A DNA stretch of 64,000 bases from Gemmatimonadales bacterium (GTDB lineage: Bacteria > Gemmatimonadota > Gemmatimonadetes > Gemmatimonadales > GWC2-71-9). The notes under the pieces are model-generated. The model was not told where the DNA came from, ran no database searches, and saw only the letters and a list, made by a program, of their open reading frames with translations. The position numbers and the translations under genes were made by a program. Positions 8,463 to 18,449 of this stretch are shown here, in pieces (positions within the stretch are counted from its first letter, which is position 1; every line of letters starts with the position of its first letter). The DNA lies in the NCBI GenBank assembly GCA_050183505.1, contig JBFXBG010000003.1, positions 13,823 through 77,822 on the forward strand, given 5' to 3'.

Positions 8463-9782
8463 ATGTCCGACCTGCTCGCAGCCCGATCCCAGATGGCCCT
8501 CAGCCTGGCATTCCACATCGTCTTCGCGATGATTGGCATCGCCATGCCGGTTCTGATGGTCGTTGCCGAACGGCGGTGGCGCCGGACCGGCAACCCGATC
8601 GACCTCGAGCTGGCGAAGCGCTGGTCCCGCGGGACCGCGATTCTCTTTGCCGTCGGCGCCGTCTCCGGCACGGTGCTCTCGTTCGAGCTGGGCCTGCTCT
8701 GGCCCCGGTTCATGGAGTTTGCCGGCCCGCTCATCGGCCTGCCGTTCTCTCTGGAAGGCTTCGCCTTCTTCACCGAAGCCATCTTCCTGGGCATCTACCT
8801 GTACGGCTGGGAGCGGGTGAGCCCCCGGGCCCATCTGGCCGCCGGGATCGTGGTCGCGATCGCCGGCACCACCTCCGGCATCTTCGTCGTCATCGCCAAT
8901 GCCTGGATGAACACGCCCGCCGGGCTCACCATGGCGGGCGGAGAGGTGGTTCAGTTCAGCCCGCTTGCGGCCATGGCCAACCCGGCCGCGTTGAGCCAGA
9001 CCGTTCACATGACCCTGGCGGCTTTTGCCGCGACCGGTCTGGGCGTGGCCGGCATTCATGCCTTCGTCCTGCTGCGCCACCCGGCCGACGCCTTTCACCG
9101 CCGGGCCCTGACCATCGCGCTCCTGGTCGGCGCGCCGGCTGCCCTGCTCCAGCCCCTCTCGGGAGACCTGAGCGCCCGGCACATCGCCCGGTATCAGCCG
9201 ATGAAGCTGGCCGCCGCCGAAGCCCTGTTCGAGACCCGGACGGAGGCGCCGCTCCTGATCGGCGGCTGGCCGGATGCCGGCTCGCGCACGGTCCGGTTCG
9301 GAATCGAAATCCCCGCGGGCCTCTCGCTGCTCGCGTTTCATGATCCGCATGCGGAGGTGGCGGGCCTGGACCAGGTGCCGGAGCGTGACTGGCCGCCGGT
9401 GGCGGTGGTCCATCTGGCGTTTCAGGCCATGGTCGGGCTGGGCAGTTACATGGCCCTGGTCTCGCTGGCCTCGCTCTGGCTCATGTTCCGGCGGCGGGAT
9501 CTCCCGTCGCGGCGCTGGCTGCTCCGGGCTCTGGTCCTGGCCGCGCCCATGGGCTTCATCGCCGCCGAGGCGGGCTGGGTCGTGACCGAAGTGGGGCGCC
9601 AGCCGTGGGTGATTCAGGGCATCATGCGCACCGCCGACGCGGTCACTCCGATGCCGGGGCTCATCGTCCCGATGCTTGGCTTCCTCGCCCTCTATCTGGG
9701 GCTCGCGGCCGCGGTGATCTGGCTCATCTCCCGCCAGGTCATGTCGACCGCGCCCGCGCCCGGCGTCACGGAGCCCGCCTGA
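8463..9782 (+). CDS. cydA: cytochrome bd-type ubiquinol oxidase subunit I
   Basis: N-terminus LAARSQMALSLAFHIVFAMIGIAMP and polytopic CydA-like sequence (short Q-loop type). The stop overlaps the cydB start (TGATG). Confidence 0.9.
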   Translation: MSDLLAARSQMALSLAFHIVFAMIGIAMPVLMVVAERRWRRTGNPIDLELAKRWSRGTAILFAVGAVSGTVLSFELGLLWPRFMEFAGPLIGLPFSLEGFAFFTEAIFLGIYLYGWERVSPRAHLAAGIVVAIAGTTSGIFVVIANAWMNTPAGLTMAGGEVVQFSPLAAMANPAALSQTVHMTLAAFAATGLGVAGIHAFVLLRHPADAFHRRALTIALLVGAPAALLQPLSGDLSARHIARYQPMKLAAAEALFETRTEAPLLIGGWPDAGSRTVRFGIEIPAGLSLLAFHDPHAEVAGLDQVPERDWPPVAVVHLAFQAMVGLGSYMALVSLASLWLMFRRRDLPSRRWLLRALVLAAPMGFIAAEAGWVVTEVGRQPWVIQGIMRTADAVTPMPGLIVPMLGFLALYLGLAAAVIWLISRQVMSTAPAPGVTEPA

Positions 9783-10828
9783 TGCCGGCGTTCGATCTGG
9801 CGGATCTGGTTGCGGGCATCCTGCTGCTCTCGCTCAACATCTACGTGCTGTTCGGCGGGGCGGATTTCGGCGGCGGTGTCTGGGATCTGCTGGCCCGCGG
9901 CCCCCGCGGCCCGCGCCAGCGGGACGTCATCGCCCATGCCATCGGGCCGGTCTGGGAAGCCAACCACGTCTGGCTCATCCTCGTGGTCGTCCTGCTGTTC
10001 ACCTGTTTCTCCCCCGCCTTTGCCCGGCTCGCGATCGTGCTTCACGTGCCGCTGACCCTCATGCTGGTCGGGGTGGTGCTCCGCGGCTCGGCATTCACCT
10101 TCCGGAGTTATGGCCAGATGGACGACGCCGCGGCGGCGCGCTGGGGACGGGTGTTCGCCATGGCGAGCCTGGTGACCCCGCTGCTGCTGGGTGTGGCGGT
10201 GGGCACGGTGGCGGCGGGGCGGGTTCGCGCGCCCGAGCCGGCGGCGGGGTTCGTGGCCGGCTACGTGACCCCGTGGCTCACGCCGTTCGCCTTCGCCACC
10301 GGCATCCTGGCGGTCGTACTCTTCGCGTTCCTGGCCGCGGTCTACCTGACGCTGGAGACCGCCGACACCGAGCTGCGCGAAGACTTCCGGACCCGCGCGC
10401 TCGGGTCCGGTCTCGCCGTATTCGCCGCCGCCGCGCTGGCATTGCTCCTGGCGCACGACAGCGGCGGGGCACCGCTCATGGCGTTCGGCCTTCTCCGGGC
10501 CCGGTGGGCCCTGCCGCTCCAGCTCGGCATCGCCCTGGCCGCGATCACCGCCCTGCTGGCGCTCTGGTACCGCCGCTACGTCCTGGCCCGGGTCGCCGCG
10601 GCGGTGCAGGTCTCGCTCATCCTCTGGGGCTGGGGCCTGGCGCAATACCCCTATCTCATCCCCCCGGACCTGACCATCGAACAGACCGCGGCGCCCGCCG
10701 CCACCATCCGGCTGGTGCTCATCGCCCTCGCGGCCGGCGCCGTGATCCTGCTGCCTTCGCTCTGGTACCTCTTCCGGATCTTCAAGGCGGCCCCCGGCGC
10801 CAACCGGGCCAGCCCTGCGGCCCGATAG
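9782..10828 (+). CDS. cydB: cytochrome bd-type ubiquinol oxidase subunit II
   Basis: ATG at 9782 inside ORF 9605..10828. LFGGADFGGGVWDLLA and GPVWEANHVWLI are CydB-like. Confidence 0.88.
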   Translation: MPAFDLADLVAGILLLSLNIYVLFGGADFGGGVWDLLARGPRGPRQRDVIAHAIGPVWEANHVWLILVVVLLFTCFSPAFARLAIVLHVPLTLMLVGVVLRGSAFTFRSYGQMDDAAAARWGRVFAMASLVTPLLLGVAVGTVAAGRVRAPEPAAGFVAGYVTPWLTPFAFATGILAVVLFAFLAAVYLTLETADTELREDFRTRALGSGLAVFAAAALALLLAHDSGGAPLMAFGLLRARWALPLQLGIALAAITALLALWYRRYVLARVAAAVQVSLILWGWGLAQYPYLIPPDLTIEQTAAPAATIRLVLIALAAGAVILLPSLWYLFRIFKAAPGANRASPAAR

Positions 10829-10836
10829 CGCAGAAC

Positions 10837-10865
10837 GCGGGCGCCCCCTCGAAGGGAACGCCCGC
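10837..10865. terminator. bidirectional GC hairpin between convergent cydB and the POT transporter
   Basis: gcgggcg ccccctcgaagggaa cgcccgc (7-bp outer stem plus inner ccc/ggg pairs). Confidence 0.5.
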
Positions 10866-10929
10866 GCTCTCGCGTGATGGCAGCGAACTCCGGCTCCCGC
10901 TCCGGTCGGTTCGTCTGCCCGCCTGCCCG

Positions 10930-12468
<1,539 letters not shown>

Positions 12469-12519
12469 GCGAGTCCTTTTGCTGGGTTTTCTAGAGGAGA
12501 CGAACCAACCGCGAAACGC

Positions 12520-13431
12520 TCACGGCCGGTGCTTGCGGAGGATGTCCGCCAGCACGACCGAGTCGATCCTGCCGTCCATTCTCACCCGGACGTCGTAGTT
12601 CTCCCAGTACATGAAGTCACGCAGTGCCTCGAGGAACGTCCGATTGGCCGCGCCCTGCGGCGCCCGGAGCCACTTCTCCGGCTGATTCACCGGCTCCCGC
12701 AGCAGGATGGGCTCCAGCTGGCGGATAATCGCCGGAGTGATCTCGACCAGATCGGCCGGATCACTGGGGAAGAAATGCAGCTTGTGCAGCGCGAGCAGAC
12801 GATCCAGTTCGGCAAGCGGGTCGGCCGCGTCGTAGACCCGGATATCGATGAAGCGATCGTTGGCGCCAAGGTACCCGCCGTTCTGCCGGACCACAAGCAA
12901 GGCCGCCGACTGCATCCCCCGCTTGTCCCCACCCCCGGCCTGGCCGGCGTGCAGGGCCGCCACCAGCCGGTCCGCCAGCGGTCCGGTACTCTGCTCGAAT
13001 GCCCGGGCCATGTTCTTCACCGTCTGGTCGGAGACCATGATGTTGGCCTGCGCCGCATAACCGTGCCCGCTGATCACCTTACCCTTGCCGCCGGGCGCGG
13101 ACCCGGCCTTCTCCGGCAGCCCGACCCGGCCCCCGGCCCAGTCAAAGGTGTTCCGGCCGGTGAAACTGGCCGCGTTTCCCCGCGCGTCGACCATGCCGAC
13201 CTGGCGGTCCTGCAGCATGGTGTCGGTTCGCATCACGATCCGCAGGGCCTCCAGCGCGGTCGCTCCCAGCGCCATGAGGCGGAGGCCTTCCTCACCGTAC
13301 GCGGTGTTGGCGAGGCTCTGGGTCGCCACCGCGCCGACTCCCGCCCGGGCCCAGGGGACGATCCCGCCGACGTTGGGGAACTTGGACTGGACCGCGATCC
13401 CGAGATCGCCGGTCGCCGAATCCCAGGCCAC
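12520..13431 (-). CDS. DUF1028 (Ntn-hydrolase-like) protein with C-terminal PG-binding-like domain; N-terminal part is out of frame (see findings)
   Basis: (H)TYSIVAWDSATGDLGIAVQSKF matches the DUF1028 N-terminus. No in-frame start lies upstream of the GTG at 13431. A signal-peptide ORF (13592 downwards) is offset by one frame. Confidence 0.75.
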   Translation of the reverse strand: MAWDSATGDLGIAVQSKFPNVGGIVPWARAGVGAVATQSLANTAYGEEGLRLMALGATALEALRIVMRTDTMLQDRQVGMVDARGNAASFTGRNTFDWAGGRVGLPEKAGSAPGGKGKVISGHGYAAQANIMVSDQTVKNMARAFEQSTGPLADRLVAALHAGQAGGGDKRGMQSAALLVVRQNGGYLGANDRFIDIRVYDAADPLAELDRLLALHKLHFFPSDPADLVEITPAIIRQLEPILLREPVNQPEKWLRAPQGAANRTFLEALRDFMYWENYDVRVRMDGRIDSVVLADILRKHRP

Positions 13432-13588
13432 AATGCTGTAGGTGTGCGCCAGCTTGCGGCCGTGGGCGGGTGCCGCCGGGCGCTGCGCGGCAGGACCGCC
13501 GGCATCAGGCCCAGCGCCATAACGGCACCGCAGGCGAACAACCAGGATCCCGGCCCCGGACGGCGCGGGGAACCTGCCGGCTCACGGA

Positions 13589-14164
13589 TCACGGCTTGGA
13601 CTGGTCCTTTCCGAGTTTCTTCTTGAGGTAGGCGAGTTGCTGCTCCACCGCGGCCTGCCGGGCGGACTGATCCAGATCGCGTCCCAGCAGTTCTTCGGCC
13701 GGATCGACCCCCGGCCGATTGCCGCCGGCGGCCTGGATATCCCGCCAGGCTGCCTCGGTGGATGCGCCGGCCGGGCCCAGACCCTGTCGTGCCTGGCGGA
13801 ACCGGGACCGCAGCTCCTCGAACTCCCGCATGGCCAGGGCCAGTTCCTCCCGCTGCACGGCCAGCTTCCGCTCCAGCACGGCACTCCGCTCGGTATGCCG
13901 GTCGACGAAAGTCCGGGCCAGGTCGGCGGTCTCCTGGTCCTGGATGTCCGAAGCCAGCCGCCCGCGGCGGATGGCATCGTCCAGGTGTTTCCGTTCCACG
14001 GTCAGTTCACGCTCGGTAGCCGCGAGGTCTTCCTGCATCTTCGACACGGCGACCTTGGCTTCCACCACGGCGTCCTGCAGCTGCGACGCGTAGGCCCGGG
14101 CGTCCGCCGGGGCAGTGTGCTCGGCGAGAAACTGCTCCAGGCGGGCGCGCAGGCTTTCGAACAC
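13589..14164 (-). CDS. coiled-coil protein (hypothetical)
   Basis: 191-aa ORF, GTG start at 14164 directly after the stop of the upstream zinc-ribbon ORF. Heptad-rich Glu/Arg/Leu/Ala sequence. Resemblance to PspA is weak and I do not assert it. Confidence 0.6.
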   Translation of the reverse strand: MFESLRARLEQFLAEHTAPADARAYASQLQDAVVEAKVAVSKMQEDLAATERELTVERKHLDDAIRRGRLASDIQDQETADLARTFVDRHTERSAVLERKLAVQREELALAMREFEELRSRFRQARQGLGPAGASTEAAWRDIQAAGGNRPGVDPAEELLGRDLDQSARQAAVEQQLAYLKKKLGKDQSKP

Positions 14165-14329
14165 TCAGGATTTCCGGGTGGTCTTGGCGAAGAACGCGGA
14201 GAACACCTGCTCGACCTTGGCGCTCTTGCACTTGGGACAGGTCACCCGGCCCCGGCCGTGCTGTGACACCGATTCGGAGCGGGAGAACCCGTGGCCGCAA
14301 TCGGAGCAGAGATATTCGTAAATGGGCAT
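14165..14329 (-). CDS. FmdB-family zinc-ribbon protein (54 aa, absent from the ORF track)
   Basis: Manual translation: MPIYEYLCSDCGHGFSRSESVSQHGRGRVTCPKCKSAKVEQVFSAFFAKTTRKS. It has the MPIYEY..C..C...CP.C pattern typical of FmdB/CxxC_CxxC_SSSS proteins. Confidence 0.7.
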   Translation of the reverse strand: MPIYEYLCSDCGHGFSRSESVSQHGRGRVTCPKCKSAKVEQVFSAFFAKTTRKS

Positions 14330-14463
14330 GTTGGGTCTCGGCGTAAAAGTCTCAGCGAGACAAGGTTACGGCGGCGGCATGGGCCCCGTCAACCGGTGTG
14401 GCCCCGGTCCTTCCACCGGCCTCTTATCTTTCCCCGGGACTGTCAAGAGGCGAGGCGATTCCA

Positions 14464-14976
14464 ATGGTGCATACCCCTGGGTCCCGGCGACCGGTGCCCC
14501 TGCTCGCCGGGCTGGCGCTCATGGCCGGGCTGGCCGGATGCGGCGGATCCGATTCCGCGCCTTCCTGCGGCATTACCGCGCTGGCCGGCGCGACCATGTT
14601 GCTCAATGAATTCTCGGTCCCCCGGCAGACGCTCTCGGTCCCTCCGGACCGGCTGCCCGACCACCTGACGGCCCGCCTCGCCGCCGGTCCCGCCTACCCC
14701 GCGATCGTGGGACGGACCGAGGACGGCCAGTGGGCCATCGGCGTGAACGGCGCGCTTCCGCCCAGGTCTCTGGTCCGGTTCGGCGTCCTGGTGGTGGATT
14801 CCACCGGCGCGGCGATGGGGGTCATGCTGTACGAGGCGACTCCCGTCCAGGGGGCGCCCCGGATCGGCTCGCTGTCGGTGGCGGATACGATCGTGCCACT
14901 GCTCGCCATCCAGGTTGCCCGCAACAAGATCGAAGACCCCCGCTGCCCCCTGTTCCCCGATTCCCTCGCCCCATGA
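14464..14976 (+). CDS. hypothetical lipoprotein
   Basis: ATG at 14464. Signal peptide plus lipobox LAGLALMAGLAGC. The stop overlaps the next start (ATGA). Confidence 0.6.
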   Translation: MVHTPGSRRPVPLLAGLALMAGLAGCGGSDSAPSCGITALAGATMLLNEFSVPRQTLSVPPDRLPDHLTARLAAGPAYPAIVGRTEDGQWAIGVNGALPPRSLVRFGVLVVDSTGAAMGVMLYEATPVQGAPRIGSLSVADTIVPLLAIQVARNKIEDPRCPLFPDSLAP

Positions 14977-15701
14977 CCCGTCCACTGATCGGTGTCACGG
15001 GGACGATCCGTCGGTTCGAGTCGGCCGACCGGGCCAGCGTGAACGCGGCGTACCTGCGGGCCCTCGCGGCCGCGGGGGCGAACCCGGTCCTGCTGACCCC
15101 GGTCATCCCCACCAGTGACGCGGGCTCGGTGCTGCAGCGGATGCAGGGCCTGGTCATCACCGGCGGACACGACGTCGACCCGTGCTGGTACAACGCCCGG
15201 CCCTCACCCGCGCTGGGAGCGGTGGATCGGGCCCGGGACGCGTTTGATCTGGCGCTGTTCCGCACCGCCCGTTCACTCGGGCTCCCGGTCCTGGGGATTT
15301 GCCGGGGGTTGCAGGTCATCAACGTGGCCCTGGGCGGCACCCTCTGGCAGGACCTCCCCAGCGAAATGCCGGGGCCGGTCAAGCATGATCCGCCGGATAC
15401 CCCCCGGAACACCCGGGTTCACGGCATCCGGGTGGATCCCGCCAGCCGGCTCGCGGCGGCCCTGGGAAGCACCCGGTTCCGGACCAACTCCTTCCACCAC
15501 CAGGCCGTCCGGGAACTGGCCCCGGGCCTCATGGCCACGGCCTGGGCGGACGATGGTGTCATCGAAGGCGTCGAAGGACCCGCGAGCGACCCCTGGCTGC
15601 TCGCGGTTCAGTGGCATCCGGAAGAGTTCGTGGGGGAGCCGGAGTCGGAGGACCAGAGACTGTTTGTCGCTTTGGTGGAGGCAAGTGAACGAATTGGATG
15701 A
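14973..15701 (+). CDS. class I glutamine amidotransferase, gamma-glutamyl-GABA hydrolase (PuuD/peptidase C26)-like
   Basis: GLVITGGHDVDP, PVLGICRGLQVINVALGG and AVQWHPE motifs. The stop TGA lies in the first GGATGATTGG repeat unit. Confidence 0.85.
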   Translation: MTRPLIGVTGTIRRFESADRASVNAAYLRALAAAGANPVLLTPVIPTSDAGSVLQRMQGLVITGGHDVDPCWYNARPSPALGAVDRARDAFDLALFRTARSLGLPVLGICRGLQVINVALGGTLWQDLPSEMPGPVKHDPPDTPRNTRVHGIRVDPASRLAAALGSTRFRTNSFHHQAVRELAPGLMATAWADDGVIEGVEGPASDPWLLAVQWHPEEFVGEPESEDQRLFVALVEASERIG

Positions 15702-15807
15702 TTGGAGGATTTGTGATTGGATGATTGGGTGTAACCTCTGATACGCTTGAGGGTGACCAACCATCCGGGGCCCGACGGGCCCAATCATCCAATCACAAAT
15801 CATCCAA
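15691..15807. repeat. inverted GGATGATTGG-type arrays
   Basis: Left arm ttggatgattggaggatttgtgattggatgattggg. The reverse complement of the right arm is ttggatgatttgtgattggatgattggg, identical except for one 7-nt unit (TGGAGGA). Confidence 0.9.
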
Positions 15808-15810
15808 GCA

Positions 15811-16509
15811 CTAATGTCTGGGGAACCACATCCGTCCGCTCATCGCGTTGAGCCCCTGGCGGAGGGTGCCGAACTGGTCGGCGGCCAGGCGGAACACCTG
15901 ATCCAGCCCGTAGTGGTCGGCCAGGGCGTGGTCGGAGGCCTCGCCGAAGCCCTGCCGGCCGAGGGTATCGTAATAGCTCACGTCGGGCCCGCCCCGGCGG
16001 AGGCGCCGGGCGGCGATGTATTCGGGGTACAGCCCCGCCAGCCAGAGCGAGTAGTTGCCCAGGTGGGCGAGGACCTTGAACCGGCGATCGCCGGAGGTGG
16101 CGGCGAGGTCGGCCAGCAGGTCCACCAGGTAGCGGTGGTACTGGTCATCGTTCCAGTCCACCCGCCAGGCCCGGTCCCGCTTGCCGAAGTTGGCGACGAC
16201 CGCGGCCAGGTAGTAGGCCAGTTCCCGGTCGTCACACCCCAGTTCCAGCAGGGTGTGCCGGACGACGACATAGAAAAACAACGCCTCGGACGGCACCAGC
16301 ATGGAGCGCACCGCCAGCAGCCGTTCCATCAGATCCGGCTCGTCCAGCAACCCGTCCGGACCTTCCGTGGCGAGGCGGTGCTCCGCGGCCCGCCGGCGGG
16401 AGGCGGAGCCTCGGCTCAGCAGCAGGATGACCAGGTGCAGGTCATTGGCATTCAATCGACCACGGGTATCCGCGAGGATCATTGACGACACCTCCACGAA
16501 GTTCGACAC
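15811..16509 (-). CDS. conserved hypothetical protein
   Basis: 232-aa ORF with non-repetitive, balanced composition. No family recognised. The start may be M10 (16482). Confidence 0.55.
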   Translation of the reverse strand: MSNFVEVSSMILADTRGRLNANDLHLVILLLSRGSASRRRAAEHRLATEGPDGLLDEPDLMERLLAVRSMLVPSEALFFYVVVRHTLLELGCDDRELAYYLAAVVANFGKRDRAWRVDWNDDQYHRYLVDLLADLAATSGDRRFKVLAHLGNYSLWLAGLYPEYIAARRLRRGGPDVSYYDTLGRQGFGEASDHALADHYGLDQVFRLAADQFGTLRQGLNAMSGRMWFPRH

Positions 16510-18449
16510 CAGTCCCGGATGATCCCGGCCGTTCCGGATCCGCCGACCTCCTGGCCGTCACGCGGTTCGGCCAGGATCTGGCCGGCATGCTGCGTCCACC
16601 GACGATCGTCCAGCATCTGGCCCGGACGCTGGAGACGACCCTGCACCCCACCGTCCTGGGAATTGCCCTGCTGGAACCGAACGCCGGCGGCCTGCGCGTC
16701 ATGCACCAGACGCCCCCGGACGCCGGCTACATCCCGGCGTTGCTGGACCAGGCGCTCCGGCGCGGGCCGCAACTGATCGACCGGGCTTCCCCCGGGGCCG
16801 CGGGCGTCCCGGCCGAGGCACCTCCCTGCTGGCTGACGGTCCCGATCCTGGCCCGCCATGTCGTGACCGGCGCCGTCGTGCTGGGCGGTCCGCTGCATCG
16901 GTATAATACCGAGGACCTTGCCCGTCTCGAAGCCTGTGCCGCGGTCGCCGCCGTGGCCCTCGAAAGCGCCTACCTCCTGGACCAGGTCGATACCGGCAAG
17001 CGGACCTGGGCCGACACGGTCGACGCCATCGCGCTCGCCCTCTGCATCGTCGACGTTCCGGGCCGGGTCCGCCGGACCAACCGGGCCTTTGCCGAGCTGG
17101 CCCGGACTGCGCCGGCCGCCGTGATCGGTCGTCCCTGGCAGGGAATGGTGCCTCCCGGCTGGGTCGAGGGGATTCAAGCCGCCATCGACACGGCGGGGAG
17201 CGGCCAGGAGGTAGACCTGGTCGCCCAGGACCGCTGGTACGCGGTCTCGGCCTTCCCCACGAGCGAAGGCGACCTGCCCCTCACGGTCCTGATCTTCAAC
17301 GACCGGACCGAGCGCCGCCGACTGCAGGAGCAGCTGATCCAGTCGGAGAAGATGTCGGCCATCGGCCAGCTGGTAGCCGGCGTCGCGCACGACCTCAACA
17401 ATCCGCTGGCTTCGGTGCTCGGCTTCGCCGACTTCCTGGTCGAAAACGCCGAGATTCCGCCGCACCTGCGCGAGCCGATCCGGGTCATTCAGCAGGAGTC
17501 CCTGCGGGCCGCAACGATCGTCCGCAACCTGCTGAGCTTTGCCCGGAAGCAGGAGAACCGGCGGCGCAACCTGCAGGTTCCCGCGCTGATCGAGGCGACC
17601 CTGCTGCTGCTCCGCAACCAGCTCATGGCCCAGCATATCGACGTGCAGGTGAGTTGCGAGGCCGATCTGCCGGAGATTCACGCGGATCCCAATCAGCTGC
17701 AGCAGGTCCTCGTCAACCTGATCACCAATGCCTCCCAGGCCACGGCTCAGGCCGGCCGCCCGGGCGAGATCCGGATCCTCGCCCGGCACTGGGTTCACGG
17801 AGTCGCGATCGACATCCGGGACAACGGGCCCGGCATGAGCGATGAAATCGCCCGTCAGGTGTTCGAGCCGTTCTTTACCACCAAGCCCGAGGGCGCCGGC
17901 ACGGGGCTCGGCCTCAGCATCTGCCAGGGCATCATGAAAGAGCACGGCGGCCGCATCACCCTGGAGACCAGTCCCGGTGCCGGCGCCACGTTTACCATCG
18001 AGATTCCGGCGTCCACCGAGGCGGACGCCGGCACCGAGCCGGTCGATCCCGGCCTCTGGACCGGCACCCGGCTCGGGGTCCTGCTGATCGACGATGAACC
18101 CCACATCGTGCACTACCTCCGAACCACCCTGGAGGCCTGGGGCCATGCGGTCACCGCCGCGTCGGACGGCGCCGCCGGCCTGGCCCTCGCGACCGGCCGC
18201 GACTTCGACCTGATCATCTGCGACCTGCGGATGCCGCGGCTCGGCGGACGGGAGTTCTTTGATGAACTTTCCAGCAAAAAACCGGCCATGGCCCGGCGAG
18301 TGATCTTCATTACCGGCGACACGGTGCGGGACGACACCCTGGAGTTCCTGGACCGGGTCCAGCGCCCGGTTCTGAACAAACCGTTCAGCCTGTCGGAACT
18401 CCGGGCGGCGATGGCGGCGGCGCGACCGCGGAAAGACCCGGACAGTTGA
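16482..18449 (+). CDS. hybrid sensor histidine kinase / response regulator (GAF-PAS-HisKA-HATPase-REC)
   Basis: H-box AHDLNNPLASVLGF, N/G boxes (LVNLITNA, DNGPGM, GTGLGLSI), and a C-terminal receiver LLIDDEPHI...DLIICDLRMP. TTG start at 16482 is uncertain (alternative ATG at 16587). Confidence 0.9.
   Translation: MTTPPRSSTPVPDDPGRSGSADLLAVTRFGQDLAGMLRPPTIVQHLARTLETTLHPTVLGIALLEPNAGGLRVMHQTPPDAGYIPALLDQALRRGPQLIDRASPGAAGVPAEAPPCWLTVPILARHVVTGAVVLGGPLHRYNTEDLARLEACAAVAAVALESAYLLDQVDTGKRTWADTVDAIALALCIVDVPGRVRRTNRAFAELARTAPAAVIGRPWQGMVPPGWVEGIQAAIDTAGSGQEVDLVAQDRWYAVSAFPTSEGDLPLTVLIFNDRTERRRLQEQLIQSEKMSAIGQLVAGVAHDLNNPLASVLGFADFLVENAEIPPHLREPIRVIQQESLRAATIVRNLLSFARKQENRRRNLQVPALIEATLLLLRNQLMAQHIDVQVSCEADLPEIHADPNQLQQVLVNLITNASQATAQAGRPGEIRILARHWVHGVAIDIRDNGPGMSDEIARQVFEPFFTTKPEGAGTGLGLSICQGIMKEHGGRITLETSPGAGATFTIEIPASTEADAGTEPVDPGLWTGTRLGVLLIDDEPHIVHYLRTTLEAWGHAVTAASDGAAGLALATGRDFDLIICDLRMPRLGGREFFDELSSKKPAMARRVIFITGDTVRDDTLEFLDRVQRPVLNKPFSLSELRAAMAAARPRKDPDS

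Noticed and set aside
13589-14164. Calling the coiled-coil protein PspA/IM30
   Set aside because: Only general coiled-coil character is shared. The PspA N-terminal amphipathic helix signature is not evident, so the gene is left as hypothetical.
16482-16509. 28-nt overlap of the 5' ends of divergent genes 15811..16509 and 16482..18449
   Set aside because: This is most likely a start-codon assignment artefact. The minus gene can start at M10 (16482), and the kinase can start at the ATG at 16587 rather than the TTG. I do not treat it as biologically meaningful.
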